Below are positions 1 through 12,503 of a DNA stretch of 64,000 nt, in pieces. The translations under genes were made by a program, and so were the position numbers. Source of the DNA: Hyaloraphidium curvatum SAG 235-1 (lineage: Eukaryota; Fungi; Monoblepharomycota); assembly GCA_025558095.1 (NCBI GenBank), contig JAIVFI010000028.1, positions 186,001 through 250,000 of the forward strand, written 5' to 3'. The notes beneath the pieces were generated by a model. That model saw only the letters and a program-made list of their open reading frames with translations, was not told the origin of the DNA and made no database searches. Within the stretch, counting starts at the first letter, position 1. The number at the start of each line of letters is the position of its first letter.

Positions 1-459
1 GGTGGGAATGAGGTCGCGGGAACTGGAAGTGCTCGACAGTCCGTGGTCCTTCGTCGCGAGGCTCGCGTGACGACTCCTCGCCATCACTATCTGAGTTCTC
101 AGATGAAGATGCCGTCGCATCGGCAATACAAGGAACCTCGATCTCGAACTCGTCACAATCAGCGAAGAACCAGACTTCCTCGGAAGCAGCCGCGTTGGGA
201 CCCTCAGATCGCGGCGCATTGTCCGGAAAGAGAGCGAAGAACGCGTTGATATCGTTCGTTAGTGTCTGCACGGTGGCCTCCAGCTTGGAGTGAACGTTGT
301 GTGACGACGCGGCCGCAGCAGCAGCGCGCCGGCGCCGCGCTTCATCATAGCGAGGTGTCTCCCGGAACGCGAAACTCCCAGTCGGATCGCGGCGGCAGCT
401 CCGCGTCTATCGAGGTTCCTTTCCGGACACATTTGAGCGGTCAGGAACCAGGGCCAGCC

Positions 460-2650
460 ATGCCCCAGGGAACCGCCGTCGCCACCGAAGTGGCCCCGCC
501 CACGATTGGAAAGAAGCCTGCCAAGTACAAAGGCCATCCGTTCCCGAAGCTGCAGGCTCCCACGAGCCGGCCGCCGGAGCACGTCATCGAGGTCCGCGGG
601 GCGCCATCGGTCCGGGCCGAGGCGCGCAAGGCCGCCGCCCTGATTCTGAAGGAGCTTGGCTTCACGGACGTTGACACCCCCGGATCCGAGACTGCGCAAT
701 TGCTGCAGGCTGTGAAGCTGGAGGGGAACGATGTGCCGTACTTTCCGTCGGTGGTCAAGCTCACCGAGGGGATCTCTGGCGTTCACATCGCCCTCTCCGT
801 GGTGGCCAACAAGCTCACCAAGATGAAGATGGGAAAGTGGGTTCCAGGCAGGGACACTGTCTCCATATGGAAGACCTTATGCTCTCGATTCCTTGTTCGA
901 TTAGGTACCAAGACGTCTCTTTGAACACCGACCACGCGTTCCAGACCCTGAACTCTCAGTATGCCATCACCGTCAAAGGAATCGGCGGCATCAACCAGCT
1001 CATTACCTGCATTGAAGACGACGATGAGCTGCGCCCGCCGGACTACCACTTCAGGTGCGATTTACGACACAGCGTCTCTGATTCGAGGCTAATTTCCTCG
1101 TGCCAGGTACCTGTGGGGCAACATCTTCTCGACCAAGGACAACAATTTCATCTTCTTGAGCGCCAAGTTCGACAAGCCGGAGAAGCTGCTCGCCTCGACC
1201 GGCTTCGAGAAGGAGGAGATCAAGGAGCTCCTCCGCAGCGACGGCAAGATCATCCTGGACCCCAAGAAGCTCCTGGACGCCGTCGAGAAGAAGATTTCCA
1301 CGACGTGGAATGCGCTCGACATCGAGGATGCCATGACCAAGAAGCACCACTGCGCCGTGGTGCCCATGACCACCGAGGAATTCATGAAATCCGAGCAAGG
1401 CCGCGCTCTGTCCTCCAAGCCCGCCGTCGAGATCGACCCCATCCCGCACCCCGACATCACCCGCAACTGGCCCGCCGCCGGCCTACCCGACGTCCCCCAG
1501 ACCAGCCCGCCCCGCCTACTCCTCGGCGTCAAGATCATCGAGCTCACCCGGGTGCTCGCCGGGCCACGCGTCGGCACCTGCCTTGCCAGCTACGGGACCA
1601 CCAACACCAAGGTCTCCAGCGCCGACCTCGAGGACTTCCCGCACCTCGTTTACGACACCAACGTCGGCAAGCGCAGCATCTTCTTGGACCTCAAGAGCAA
1701 GGAGGGCAAGGCCAAGATGAGGGAGCTCGTTTCGCAGGCCGACATGATCATTTCCAAGTGGGTTCTTGTACTCGTTTTCTTTGGGGCACGCCGTGTCTGA
1801 CTTTGCGACCTGCTCGCAGCTACGCGTGGGGTGCCCTCGACCGCCTCGGTTTCGGCCCGCGCCAGTGCGCCGAGATCATCAAGGACCGCAACCGCGGCAT
1901 CATCTACGTCGAGACCAACGCCTTCGGCTTCCACGGACCCCAGGCCAAGAACCCCGGCTTCGACAAGCTGGCGCAGATGATCACCGGCGTGTGCTACGAG
2001 CAGGTGCAAACGATTGGCTACGGCTCGCACAACTGCGTGGACTGACTCGTCGATCGTCAGGGCAAGTACACCCTCTACGACCCCGCTCCGTCCAAGGTCA
2101 TCCCGACCAGCGTGCCAATGCCCTTCTGCGACATGACCACGGGCCACTTAGGCGCCCTGGGCGGCATGACGGCTCTGTACCGCCGCGCCGTCCACGGCGG
2201 CTCGTACCTCGTCCGCGCCAGCCTCACGCAGACGGCCATGTGGTACCAGCGCCTGGGCTACTACGCTCCCGAGGTCAGCCGGCAGCTCATGGCCGGCTAC
2301 CCGAAGCAGGAGGTCGACCCGCCGCTGTTCCCGCCGCGGATCGACAGCTTCCTCGCTTCGGAGATACTGCCCGTTTACAGGCCCGACGTGTACGAGGACA
2401 GGTTCTTCTTCACGAGCAGGGGGCCGTTCGGCGAGATCAGGACCGTGCGGCCGCCCGTCAAGATGTCGCTCACGCCGCTGCGCTACGTTCTTCCGGCGAG
2501 ACCCATCGGGTTCGATCCGGAGCAGAAGTTTTACACGGTGCGTGGACCGCCGAGCTCCTTTGCCCCTGCTGATCGGTTGCTGTTTCTTAGGAGGACGAGA
2601 AGATCGGCGCCGACATCGCCATCGAGGATTCCTCGAAGCCGCGGCTCTGA
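460..2650 (+). CDS. CoA-transferase family III (CaiB/BaiF) protein, 6 exons, C-terminal PRL (PTS1-like)
   Basis: Motifs LLGVKIIELTRVLAGP, NVGKRSIFLDLK, NYAWGALDRLGFG and PGFDKLAQMITG. GT-AG introns at 837-904, 1055-1106, 1758-1819, 2004-2060 and 2538-2590 join the ORF pieces in frame. Ends SKPRL*. Confidence 0.88.
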
Positions 2651-2832
2651 GCAAAACCCGTGTGTACACGGTTTTGGAAAGTGGTTCGAATTCAGTCGTT
2701 CTTGGTCAACGCGTGCTCTCCCTTCTCTTCATTGTTCATTTTGCCACGGGGAATCTTTACATAGGGTATTGCAGAACTGGAATCGGCAACGCACACCCGA
2801 CAAACGCCCTCGAAACAGACCGGAAGTGGTAT

Positions 2833-4836
2833 CTACACGAGCAGAAGCCCCGCGATCGCGGCGACCGCGTGCAGCGCGAAGATCGCGGCTGCCGTCCGGC
2901 CCCCGGACGAGGGCACCGAGAACGTGGTGCTGCTCCTCGTCGACGTGGCCCGCGTCGTCGCCTCGGGCGCCGCCGACGCCGTGGTGGTTGCCGCGGGCGC
3001 CGCCGACGTCGCCGCCACAGTCGTCGCCGCCGCAGTCGTCGCCGCCGCCGTCGCGCTGGACCCTGCGGTCCGCGTGGCGGGCACGATCATGCTCCCGATC
3101 GCGTCCGTCGCCGACCTCGTCCGCGTGCTCTTGACCGACAGCGGCGCATCGCACTGCGCGTCCGACGGGAACTGCGGCGACGTGTCCATGGTCCTCGAGT
3201 CGTCCCACAGCGGCTTCTCGTACTCGTAGTACTGCTGCAGGCCGGCGTCCTTGCCACCGTAGGCGGGGAGCAGCAGCTCCTCCTTGGTCCTGGCCATCTG
3301 GCCGTCCATGGTGCCGACGGCGTACATGTTGAAGGTCGAGTCGACGCGGAGGCCGGAGCTGGTGTCGTCGGCGGTGGATCCGAAGCGGGAGCACCAGCGG
3401 GGCATGCCCTTGGGTACGTTGGTCCTGGATGGGGGCGGTCGTCAACTTGCAGCAAAAGCGGAGCCAGAGGCGATCTGCCCACCAGTCAAAGAGGCCGTCG
3501 TCCAGGGTGTGTACCACCTCGCACAGCAGCCAATCGCTGCCACCGAGCGGGGCCGAGTTGTAGTACAGCCGGATGGTGCCGTCGGGGTTGGTCTTGTTTA
3601 GCCCGTCGGGGTCCGTCCAGTAGGTCGCCCAGTTGGGGCCGACCTGCGTGGCCGCGAAGAAGACGTGCTCCTTGTAGGTCTGCAGGTCGGTCGGGTACTC
3701 GTCGCCCGTGCCGCCGTAGATCTTGGCCCAGGCGACGCTGCCGTCCTGCGGGTCGAGCTGCGCGAGGAAGATGTCCTGCCCACCGTGGTTGCGGTTGCCC
3801 TCGTCGCCGAAGGATCCCTTGGTCGCGCCGATGACGTAGAGGCGCTCCCGCCAGGGCTCGTAGGCGACCGAGATGGCCTCCTCGTCCGCGCCGGGGTCTC
3901 CGAGCTGGCGGACCCAGGCGATGTTGCCGTTGCCATCGAGCTTGGCGACAAAGGCGTCCGCGCTCGTTTTCGGCGCGCCGTTGGGGTCGTCGAAGGAGCC
4001 GAACGTGTTGCCGGCAACGAAGACGTTGCCTGCCAAGAGAAGCGACGAGTGAGCGGGCGAAAGAGGCGGCACGGAGCGGGCAACCCACCGTGCATGTCGA
4101 ACGCGATGGAGGATGATGTCGGCCTCACGCGCTCGTCCGCGGCGGTGCCGACGCCGCGGCACCACTTGTACGACAGGTCGTCGGGCGACATGCGGCACAC
4201 AAACACGTCCAGGCCGCCTTTGCCGCGCCAGCAGGAGCCGCCGTCGGGGGTCGCCAGGCCGTTCCAGTGGCCCGAGATGAAGAGGTCACCGTTCACGGGG
4301 TTGACCTTTGCGGCGCCGGGCAGTATGGAGTAGTCTGAGCCGTTGCCGATGAAGCGGGTGCCGTTGCGGCGGCCGTTTGCGGCGTCCAGCTTGAGCACGT
4401 ACGGCTGGGCGCCGGCGGGCCGCTGCGCGAAGGCGAGCACGAACACGCTCATGCCGTACGCGTCGGTGGCGACGGACACGGCGGCGTCGTCGACGGGCGA
4501 GCCGAGCGCGGCGCGCCACACGGTGGTGCCGTTGGCGGCCGTCACGCGGTGCACGAAGAGGTCGCTGCCGCCGCACGCGCGCGGCGTGCCGGGCGCCGCC
4601 GCGAAGCCCGCGCAGGCGCCGCCGGCGTAGGCCGCCGCGCCGGCCGAGTGGCCGACAATCACGGCGTGCGCGCCGAGGGCGTCGCTGTCGGCCGGCAGCA
4701 GCTCGATGGCCGAGGCGTAGTCGTCCGACGGCGACCCCCAGCTGCGCTCGTACCCCGGGATGTACGCCGCCGAAGGCCCCGCCGCAAGAAGCGCCGAGGC
4801 GCCGAGCACCAGCGCGGCGCGAACGGGGCCTCTCAT
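2833..4836 (-). CDS. Secreted beta-propeller (SBBP-like repeat) protein, probably GPI-anchored, 3 exons
   Basis: Signal peptide MRGPVRAALVLGASALLAAGPSAA. Repeats D-x-F-V-x-K/R-L...W...G-[ST]-x-x-D-[DE]. Ser/Thr/Ala-rich stalk and hydrophobic tail AAAIFALHAVAAIAGLLLV*. Introns at 4030-4088 and 3425-3482. Confidence 0.72.
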
Positions 4837-5168
4837 GGCCGGACGAGCTGGTTTTGCGTTTGTTTGGTGGACCCACTTGGGGTTGGGCGTATATGTGGCG
4901 GAGCCTGGCCCCGGGTGAGGACCACCCACCGCCAAAACTTCGCCGCCGTCAGCATAATGCGTTTGTTTCTCACGTTCTGCAGGGTCCGCGGTTGGAGATT
5001 CGCTTTGCATGCTCTCAAAAGCCGCTCCGAAACTCGGTTTCGGCTGGCCGGCACGGGTTGCATGGACCGACTTCCACTGTTTGCCCGCGACCTTTGCGCG
5101 TGTCGCTTCTATTAGAGTTCGATGGAATGCTCAATGCTGGGACGAGACGAGATTTTCAACTCGCCACG

Positions 5169-5949
5169 TCACTTGTCCGCCTTAGACCCGCACAGCAGCC
5201 TGTGCTCCGGCCCATGGGCCTTCTGGGCGGCACGCGGGCGAGCAGTAGCGCACCGACTTGCACCTCCCGCAGCGCTGCATCCCGCGACTCTTGTGCGTGG
5301 GGAACGACCAGCAAGCTGCGCAGAAGCTCCCTTCGGCCAAGCTGGCGCCACCGCCGAGCTTCCTGGCCTCGGCCGCCGCGCGCTTGCGGCAGGCCTGCTC
5401 TTCGCAGTGCGGAAACACGTCCGCGACCCAACCCCCCAGGGGCCCTGGATTCGGAGCCTCGGCAATGTAAGCACAGTACGAGTTGGAGCTCTTGCCGCAC
5501 GTGATGCAGTACCAATCGGTGGGTTTGCCGCCGAACGCCGGATCCAGGAGCTCCGCAAGACCTGCTTGACGCAGCCCTGCACCTTCTCCGGAAGGTCACC
5601 GTTTTCCCCCTTGAAGAAGGAGGGGGCATCCGGATGGTGCGCGATCGAGGGTGGTCCGTCCGCAGAGCGACGGCGATCTCCACGGAGCGATCGCGGTCCG
5701 TCGGATGGAAGGCGACCACGCGGGCCAACGCCTCCGCTTCCGGCAGCTCCGTCCCGGCGCAGGCCGACCTCGCGCACCGCAGACGACGACCACCGCGATC
5801 TTGTCGGTGTCGGCGCCGGGCGGCGGGGGGATGGTCGCGGCCGAAATCGCCGCGTCGACGAAGCCGTCCCCGCCGCAAGCCCAGCACTTCCAAGCGCGGG
5901 AAGCCAGCATGTCCGATTTCCAGGCAGCGACGTCCGGGAGAGCGCGCAT
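5169..5949 (-). pseudogene. MYND zinc-finger protein, frameshifted (paralog of 47557-48434)
   Basis: WKCWACG, DWYCITCG, FPHCEEQAC and FCAAC...MQRCGRCKSVRYCSPAC|QKAHGPEHRLLC lie in different frames. A 4-nt insertion splits the MYND motif near 5226, and another shift occurs near 5560. Confidence 0.65.
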
Positions 5950-6089
5950 GCACTATGGAGTTGTAGTTCGGGAGGAGGATCATGAGGGTGACACCGAGCT
6001 CCGCGGTCTTCGGCGGCCCAGGTTGGTATGGGCGTTCGTTCCTCTAGCAAGTCCATCTGCTCTACATCTATCGAATATCCTTGTAGTTC

Positions 6090-7221
6090 TCATAGCTTCG
6101 CCCGCTTCCCCTTCCAGATCGCCTCCAGCTCCCGGCCCATCGCTGCCGGCATCTCCGGGCCGAGCACCAGTCGCGTCTGCCTCATGAAAGCGACCAGCTC
6201 CCCGTTGGGCAGGTACAGCCGGGCCTCGGAGTAGGCGACGCTGGGGGTCTCCTTGGGCCAGCTGCCGCCCTCGACCGCGTCCCGGGGCATGTCCTCCGCT
6301 GGCATGTCCGAAATCATGAACATGTGCCGGGTGCCGGCGGGGATCGGCTTGTAGAATTGGAACGAGATCGAGGTGGTCACGGAGGGGATGTTGGGCCCGA
6401 GGGCCATGTGGAGGATCGTCGAGAGCGGGAAGTGGTCCGCGCAAAAGGCGGCGTAGGTCTCGTCGACGCCCTTGCCGTCCGGGTGTTCGATCAGCCTCGG
6501 CATGGCGTCGACAGCCTCCCAGCTCTCCCGCCGGACCGCTTCCGGGCCCTGGGCTATGACGCCGCGGATGTACTCGACCGCCTCCTTGGAGTGCGTGAGC
6601 CTCATGTACCTCGCGCTGTTTCGAAAGTCAGCAACACAAGTTCGACCACCCAAGAACGTTCACCGACCCTTGCCAATCCCTCGGTTTCGGCAGCCCCAGC
6701 GCCTTGGAAGTGACGTGGGACGACGACCCGACCCCCGCATCGTAGCTGACCAGCGACGGCGCCGCGCTCGTCGACGGCTCCAATCCATAGCGACCGATCA
6801 GCCGCGGCGCGACGCCGCCCAGCGGAGAAGGCTGCACCAAATGCCCACACGATGCCTGCGCCAGCAGAGCCACCGTATTCTTCGCCACGATCGTCGCGTC
6901 CATCCTGATAAAGAGCAACCGCCGCGACGCCCGCAGGATCGTCACATTAATGTCCACGTCCCCCGGCGGCACCGCGACCATCACGTCCAGCTGCATGCTC
7001 ATTAGATGGGGGTACCCGCGACCGTTGGCGACCTTGAGCGCCGCCCGCGTGGCCAGGGCCAGGAGGAAGCCGCCGTACATGCCGTTGTTCTGGCCGATGA
7101 GTTCGCGGGGGGCCACGGCGCGGAAGGCGAGCGAATCGCCATCGTTCGGGCCGAGCGGGCGCAGCTCGAATAGCTCGTCGAACGTCCGCGGCGGGGCGGA
7201 AGCGTCCTGGACGGACTCCAT
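6090..7221 (-). CDS. Double hotdog-fold acyl-CoA thioesterase (TesB-like), peroxisomal (AKL)
   Basis: NNGMYGGFLLA motif, AFCADHFP, TTSISFQF, LVAFMRQTRL. Intron at 6616-6667. Ends KRAKL*. Confidence 0.8.
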
Positions 7222-7362
7222 TGGCGGGAAAGAGCTTTGTGACGGGTAAACAATGGGCCGCTACGACGAAGCGCGCGCGTTCCTGCCCCGGCTTCCCGAG
7301 CTTGGAGCCGCAGGGAAAGCTCCTCCGCCTCTACATCGAAACGAAAAAGACGCGACGGAAAG

Positions 7363-8448
7363 ATGGCCGGAGACGATTCCCCCCTTCCGAGCCCCCGACT
7401 TCACCCGCCTCCCTTGGCTCGCTCCATCGTCGAGGCTATCGGCAACACCCCCCTCGTCGAGCTCTCCCGCCTCCCCGTCGCGCTCCCTGAGCTTCTTTTC
7501 GTCACCCCCTCCGGCGCCCGCATCCCCCCCACGCGCTTCCGCTTGCTGGCCAAGCTCGAGTACCTCCAGCCTGGGGGATCGAAGAAGGACCGAGTCGCGC
7601 TGCACCTCTTGCTGACGTCGCGCCGCTCGGGCGCCCTGAAACCCGGCCAACCCGTGATCGAGCTGACGAGCGGCAACACCGGCACCGGCCTCGCAATCGC
7701 CTGCCCCGCGCTGGGGCACCCGTTCACGGCCGTCATGAGCGAGGGCAACTCTGCCGAAAGGGCGAGGATGATGCGCGCGCTGGGGGCCGAGGTGGTGCTG
7801 GTCCCGCAAGCGCCCGGCGGGGTGAAGGGCAAGGTTTCCGGCAGGGATCTGGAGCTGGTGGAGGCAAGGGCGAGGGAGCTCGTCGCGGAGAGGGGCGCGT
7901 TCAGGGCGGACCAGTTCTCGCTCCCGGGGAGTTCCGAGGCCCACTATGTCGGCACGGGCCCCGAGATTTTGGAGCAGGCGGGGAGCGTGGACGTGTTCGC
8001 CGATTTCGTCGGGACGGGTGGATCCTTTGCGGGGGCGGCGAGGTGCTTCAAGGAGCGCGACCCGTTGTGCTTCTGCGCCGTCGCGGAACCCGAGCATTCC
8101 CGCGTGCTGGCGGGCATGCCGACCAGCGGCGACGGGGGCCACAAGGTCCAGGGAGGCGGCTACAGCTTCCCGGATTTAAAGCTGCTGGACAAGTCGCTCG
8201 CGGACGCGTTTGTAGGCGTGTCGGACGACGAAGCCGTCGCGTGCGCGCGGGCGCTGGCGACGGAGGAGGGCATTTTCGCCGGATTCAGCGCGGGGGCGAA
8301 CCTGGCCGCTGCTGCCAAGGCGCTCGGCCTGTGGTGGGAGCGGGAGGAGCGCGCAGGACGTCTGGACGGCGGCAAGGTGCCCACTGTCGTCTTTCTCGCG
8401 TGCGACACGGGGCTCAAGTACGTCTCGACGGATCTGTGGCCGAATTGA
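7363..8448 (+). CDS. cysK: Cysteine synthase-like PLP-dependent enzyme (fold type II)
   Basis: IGNTPLVEL, KLEYLQPGGSKKDR (PLP lysine), ELTSGNTG, GTGGS, CDTGLKYVST. Intronless, 361 aa. Confidence 0.88.
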   Translation: MAGDDSPLPSPRLHPPPLARSIVEAIGNTPLVELSRLPVALPELLFVTPSGARIPPTRFRLLAKLEYLQPGGSKKDRVALHLLLTSRRSGALKPGQPVIELTSGNTGTGLAIACPALGHPFTAVMSEGNSAERARMMRALGAEVVLVPQAPGGVKGKVSGRDLELVEARARELVAERGAFRADQFSLPGSSEAHYVGTGPEILEQAGSVDVFADFVGTGGSFAGAARCFKERDPLCFCAVAEPEHSRVLAGMPTSGDGGHKVQGGGYSFPDLKLLDKSLADAFVGVSDDEAVACARALATEEGIFAGFSAGANLAAAAKALGLWWEREERAGRLDGGKVPTVVFLACDTGLKYVSTDLWPN

Positions 8449-8462
8449 AGTTGGACACCGTC

Positions 8463-9096
8463 CTACTGCTGCTTCCTGCCATCGGGTCCGCTTTCCGCCC
8501 CTGTCCCAGCTCTTCGCCCCGTCTTCATGGCCGCCAGGATCTCATCCGCGTCCAGGAACCTCGCCAGAACATGCTGTGTCGGGAGAAGGCAGGCTTCCTC
8601 TTCCGCGATATCAGGAGCGGAAGTCCCCGCCACGTCCCGATGGAGTTCTTTCGTTCCCCAAAAGGTGTAGCGTGTCCGCGCAACCGCCGAATAGACGGCC
8701 TCGCGCACCGGCCGCGGGAAGCACAGTCCCGCCCTCCCCAGCGCGGGCCACCACCCCGACAGCCCGCAGGCCACCCTGAGCGCCGCATCCGAGCCCCGCC
8801 ACGCGTCCCCGCGCTCGTCGATCAGCAGGATCGACGTGAGCACGTCGTCCTTGGTCAGCCCGCAGCTTTCGAGGAGCGGCTCCGCCGCGCGGGATTGGAG
8901 GGCCGCGAACCGGAATCGGCCGGGCGCCGGGTCGCGGGCCACCACGAAGCGGACGACGGCATCGCAGAGGTTGCAGACGCCGTCGAAAATCAGCACCGGA
9001 TGGGCTGCTTCGCCGTCTGCCGTGGTCGGCGCGGAGAGCTCGATCGCGCCGAGTGTGCGCGATTCGCCGCCGTCGTCCCGCCGCGCTGTCCCCCAT
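8463..9096 (-). CDS. DCC1-like thiol-disulfide oxidoreductase (DUF393)
   Basis: VLIFDGVCNLC (DxxCxxC), RFRFAALQS, SDAALR, YSAVARTRYTFWG. The only nearby ATG (9096) is 1 nt out of frame in a G5 run, so the start is uncertain. Confidence 0.75.
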
Positions 9097-9152
9097 TACA
9101 AACACAAGCCGAGGCGCGTGTGCTTCCCGGTTCTTTTGTCGAAGACGCGACG

Positions 9153-10667
9153 ATGTTGTCGCCCGCGGAGCTCCGCGCGGCGCTGCCGTTTGTGCCGTCG
9201 CCGCCGCCGGAATCGAGGAGCTCCCCTTTCGGAGACGACGATGCGGACCGCGTCGCAGAAACGCTGTGGGGGACGCTCGGCGAATCCGAACCCGACCCCC
9301 CGACCGCCGCGGAGCTGCTCGACGCCGCGTCGCGCACCTCGCCGCTGCTGGGCGCCGTCGCGCGCGGCTTCCTCCCTATTGAGCTGCTGATCCGCCATGG
9401 ATGGGTCATTGCCGTCCAGCCGCTCATGTCGGCCCTGCAGCTGGCCATCGTAGCCTCCTTCCCCGCACAGGCTGGGACGACAGCCCCCTTTGGAGCCGCC
9501 AACATCGCCGTCAGCTCGACCGCCATTGCCCTCGTCTGCCTCGCGCTGTTCTACCCCTTTTGGAAGCAGCTTGGCGGGATCTACCGCACCCAGGCGGACC
9601 TCCGCCGGCATCAACTCGCCCTCCTTTGGCGCTGGCAGGCGCTCGCGAACATGGCGGCTGCACAGAAGGACGGGGAGCGGCCGTCCACGCCAACGCCAAG
9701 CGAGACAAGGCTTCTCCGGCACGCTCCGGGGAACGCCGCGTGCCCTTGCCCTCTGCCTGAGTGTGCCGGATCCGTCGGCCGGCAGCAGGGGTTGCTGACT
9801 TTGGGCGACTTTATTGTCCGGGGCCTGATGCTCTGGGCATTTGGCGTCCACGTAACGCCGCTGTGGACGCCCATGGTCGCCGCCGGGGTTCTGTGGCGAA
9901 CGTGGTGGGGTGCGCTTCTCGGAACACTGTGCCTTGCCGTGATCCTGTTTTGGGCCGTCTGCAATATGGCGAGGGTGTTCAGGATCACTCGGCCGCCGGT
10001 CATGGGGCTTTCCAGCAGGCTCATCTGCCGCGCAGTCGCTCTGCAAGTGCGCGATGTGCTGGATCTCTATCGGCGCATCCCAGAACAACAAGGGCTCGGC
10101 CAAGAGATTGGCTACGTGGAATGGGATTCGCTGTACGCTATGCTGGACAACATTTCTCACGCCCTCGCGTCGAACCAAGCGGGCTCCGTGGCCGGCTTCC
10201 ACCTGATGCAAATCACCCCGCTCTCCCTGGTTCCTGCAGCCATAATGAACCTCGCCGCAGGCGGCTGTGTCCCCCTGTGGGAACTCGCGACGCTCCTGTG
10301 GTACCTGTACTTCACCGTGGACGCGCTGATGACCTACGCCGCCGCCAACGCCCGCATCGGCGCCGTCTCCGCCGTCCTCCGCGATGGCGCCGACGCCGCC
10401 CGCGCGCTCGCCATCCGCGCGGCGGACGCGGACGTCCGCCGCGGCGGGAACGGGGATCCCGCGCTGCGATCGGCTCTGGAGGGCCACGCGGCACGGCTGG
10501 AGGCCCGCGCGGGACGCTGGGCTCCGGCCAGGTTCGTGGGAGTGGAGGTGACCTACGGCACAGTGCGCGCGCTGGTTGCGACGCTGGTGACGGTGGCCTT
10601 TGCGATCTGGGGCATGCTCCGCGGCCTCGGCGTGACGGTTGTGCTCGAGTCTTACTGTTATGCGTGA
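9153..10667 (+). CDS. Multi-pass membrane protein (about 7 TM) of a lineage-expanded family; possible GRL/7TM-ion-channel-like
   Basis: 504-aa intronless ORF with repeated hydrophobic helices. Split final helix PARFVGVEVTYGTVRALVATLVTVAFAIW. Homologous 3' fragments at about 48454 and 50870. Confidence 0.6.
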   Translation: MLSPAELRAALPFVPSPPPESRSSPFGDDDADRVAETLWGTLGESEPDPPTAAELLDAASRTSPLLGAVARGFLPIELLIRHGWVIAVQPLMSALQLAIVASFPAQAGTTAPFGAANIAVSSTAIALVCLALFYPFWKQLGGIYRTQADLRRHQLALLWRWQALANMAAAQKDGERPSTPTPSETRLLRHAPGNAACPCPLPECAGSVGRQQGLLTLGDFIVRGLMLWAFGVHVTPLWTPMVAAGVLWRTWWGALLGTLCLAVILFWAVCNMARVFRITRPPVMGLSSRLICRAVALQVRDVLDLYRRIPEQQGLGQEIGYVEWDSLYAMLDNISHALASNQAGSVAGFHLMQITPLSLVPAAIMNLAAGGCVPLWELATLLWYLYFTVDALMTYAAANARIGAVSAVLRDGADAARALAIRAADADVRRGGNGDPALRSALEGHAARLEARAGRWAPARFVGVEVTYGTVRALVATLVTVAFAIWGMLRGLGVTVVLESYCYA

Positions 10668-10776
10668 AAGTGGACGGCATGATGCAATTCGACCGCCCGG
10701 CCCAGTGCATCCTGACAGCAGATGCGCAATTTGGCACGCCTACAAAAGAACATCGCGTCCCGTGCCTTCCGCGGAC

Positions 10777-12256
10777 TCAGTACTTGAACGCCTTCTGCGC
10801 CGCTTCCCTCCCCGGCAACCCCTGCCTCGGAAAGACCCCGTCCCGCTGCATGCGCTCAAAGATGTTGCAGAATGACTCGTCCGTGTCGATGTACCCGTTG
10901 AAGCCCAGGCGGCGCACCTTGGTCATGGATTGGAAGATGTTGACCTCGATGGAGAAGACGATGTCGAGGAAACTGCGATACGGGGTGAGCAATGTCGGGC
11001 GCGCCGGTCCACCGGGACCCCACTTGAACGGCACCGCGGCCTTCCACGCATCCTCGACGAACCCCGGATCGTCCTTCCCCGGCCCGGATTTCTTGCATTC
11101 TGACCACGCTTTGGCCAGCATCTCCTCCGTGATCCGCTCGCCGAGCTTGAACGTCGGCATGCCCCGCTCGTGCGAGATGAGCTTGAGCATCTCCTCCTCG
11201 GGGGGAACCTCGCATCCGAAGAAGGCGCCGATCCGGTACCACTGGGTCCGGAATCAGCTGCCGATCGCGGGTAAGGCGTGGGCAATCGCGCAGCTCACCG
11301 CGAACTTCCACTGGTACACGTCGCCGTTGACCGCATTGAGTATCTCGTTCTCGCATTTCGCCTCCGTCGCCGCCCAGACGTTCAGCTCCGCCAAGAGCGC
11401 GGCGTCCGACCCGTCCATCACCGCGTTCCACGCCCGCACGTTGCCCGGAAAGACCAGCGGCATCCCCAGCAGCTTGTGCGCGTACGCCCACACCCCCAGC
11501 GACGTCGCGAGCGTCTGCGCGCACTGCCTCGTGGCTCCGTAGATGCACTGCGGGAGCGTGACGGTCCACGAGAAGCCGTGCTGCGGTGCGAGGGAGCGGG
11601 CGATGGAGAGCTGCGAGGCGTAGAAGGGGGCGATGGAGGGCTGCGGGTCGTCGAAGGTCTCGCGCTGGGGGAGCGCGGGGGTGGGATGGCGGGAGTACCA
11701 TTTCTCGCCGAGCTTGAGGAAGGCGGTTGTTTCGGGGTCAATGGAGGTGGCGGGCGAGGGAGCAATCCACCGACCTGGAGCAGCACGCGCTTGAGCTTCC
11801 CTTTGGTGACGGCCAGCGTCGCGCGCAAACACTGGTCAAACATCTTGGTGTTGAGGTCCAGCTCGCGCGGGGATCCCCATCCATCCCCGAGCAGGTACGC
11901 TCCCCAGAAGAGCACGCTGCACTGCCCTACGCCCGCTTTCCCGAACTTTTCCGCGAGCTGCTCCACGCTCTCCTCGTACAAATCGGCCGAGACCCATGTC
12001 AGTCTGCTGCCGAGGGCGCCCTCGGGGAGGTCCTTTTTGAGCCAATCCTCGTTTGGCGGGCGCCGCGAGGTGGCGACGATGCGGTCGAAGGGCGACTTGG
12101 GGTCGTTCAGGATGTGCTCTGACACGCGCCAGGTACGCGGAAGAAAGCAGGTCAGCGGTGGCCACTTCCGCCGGAGTGTAGTGGCGAACCGATGATGAAG
12201 CTGCCCGTGATCCCGTTCGCGCCGACGACGAACGCCGAGGGCCTGCCGGACGCCAT
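10777..12256 (-). CDS. PRISE-type (progesterone 5-beta-reductase/iridoid synthase-like) SDR, copy A, spliced
   Basis: AFVVGANGITG Rossmann motif, LQ|LGEKWY, APFYASQ, PLVFPGN, NEILNAVNGDVYQW, QSMTKVRRLGFNGYIDT. Confidence 0.82.
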
Positions 12257-12503
12257 GAGCACGGCAGCCACGCGGGGGCAGAAGGGAGGGCTGCCGATGA
12301 GTTCGAGGGCGTCGAGCCGCGGGTGCTGACGCGTGTGCGGAGCGAGGTTCAGAGTGGGAGACAGATGTTGGAGCGCGCCAACGAAAGGGGCGGAGAGTTC
12401 AACGCCCTACGGACGGGCTGGCCATTTTGTGCAATCATGCGCTTCTGTCTATTGCGGTCGGTACATTGATGCTTTCGGATGTTACTCGCCGGCAGCGCGG
12501 AGA

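Noticed and set aside
8043-9152. 874-aa ORF as a single gene
   Set aside because: The 5' part overlaps cysK out of frame and is antisense to the DCC1-like gene. Plausible coding starts at ATG 9153.
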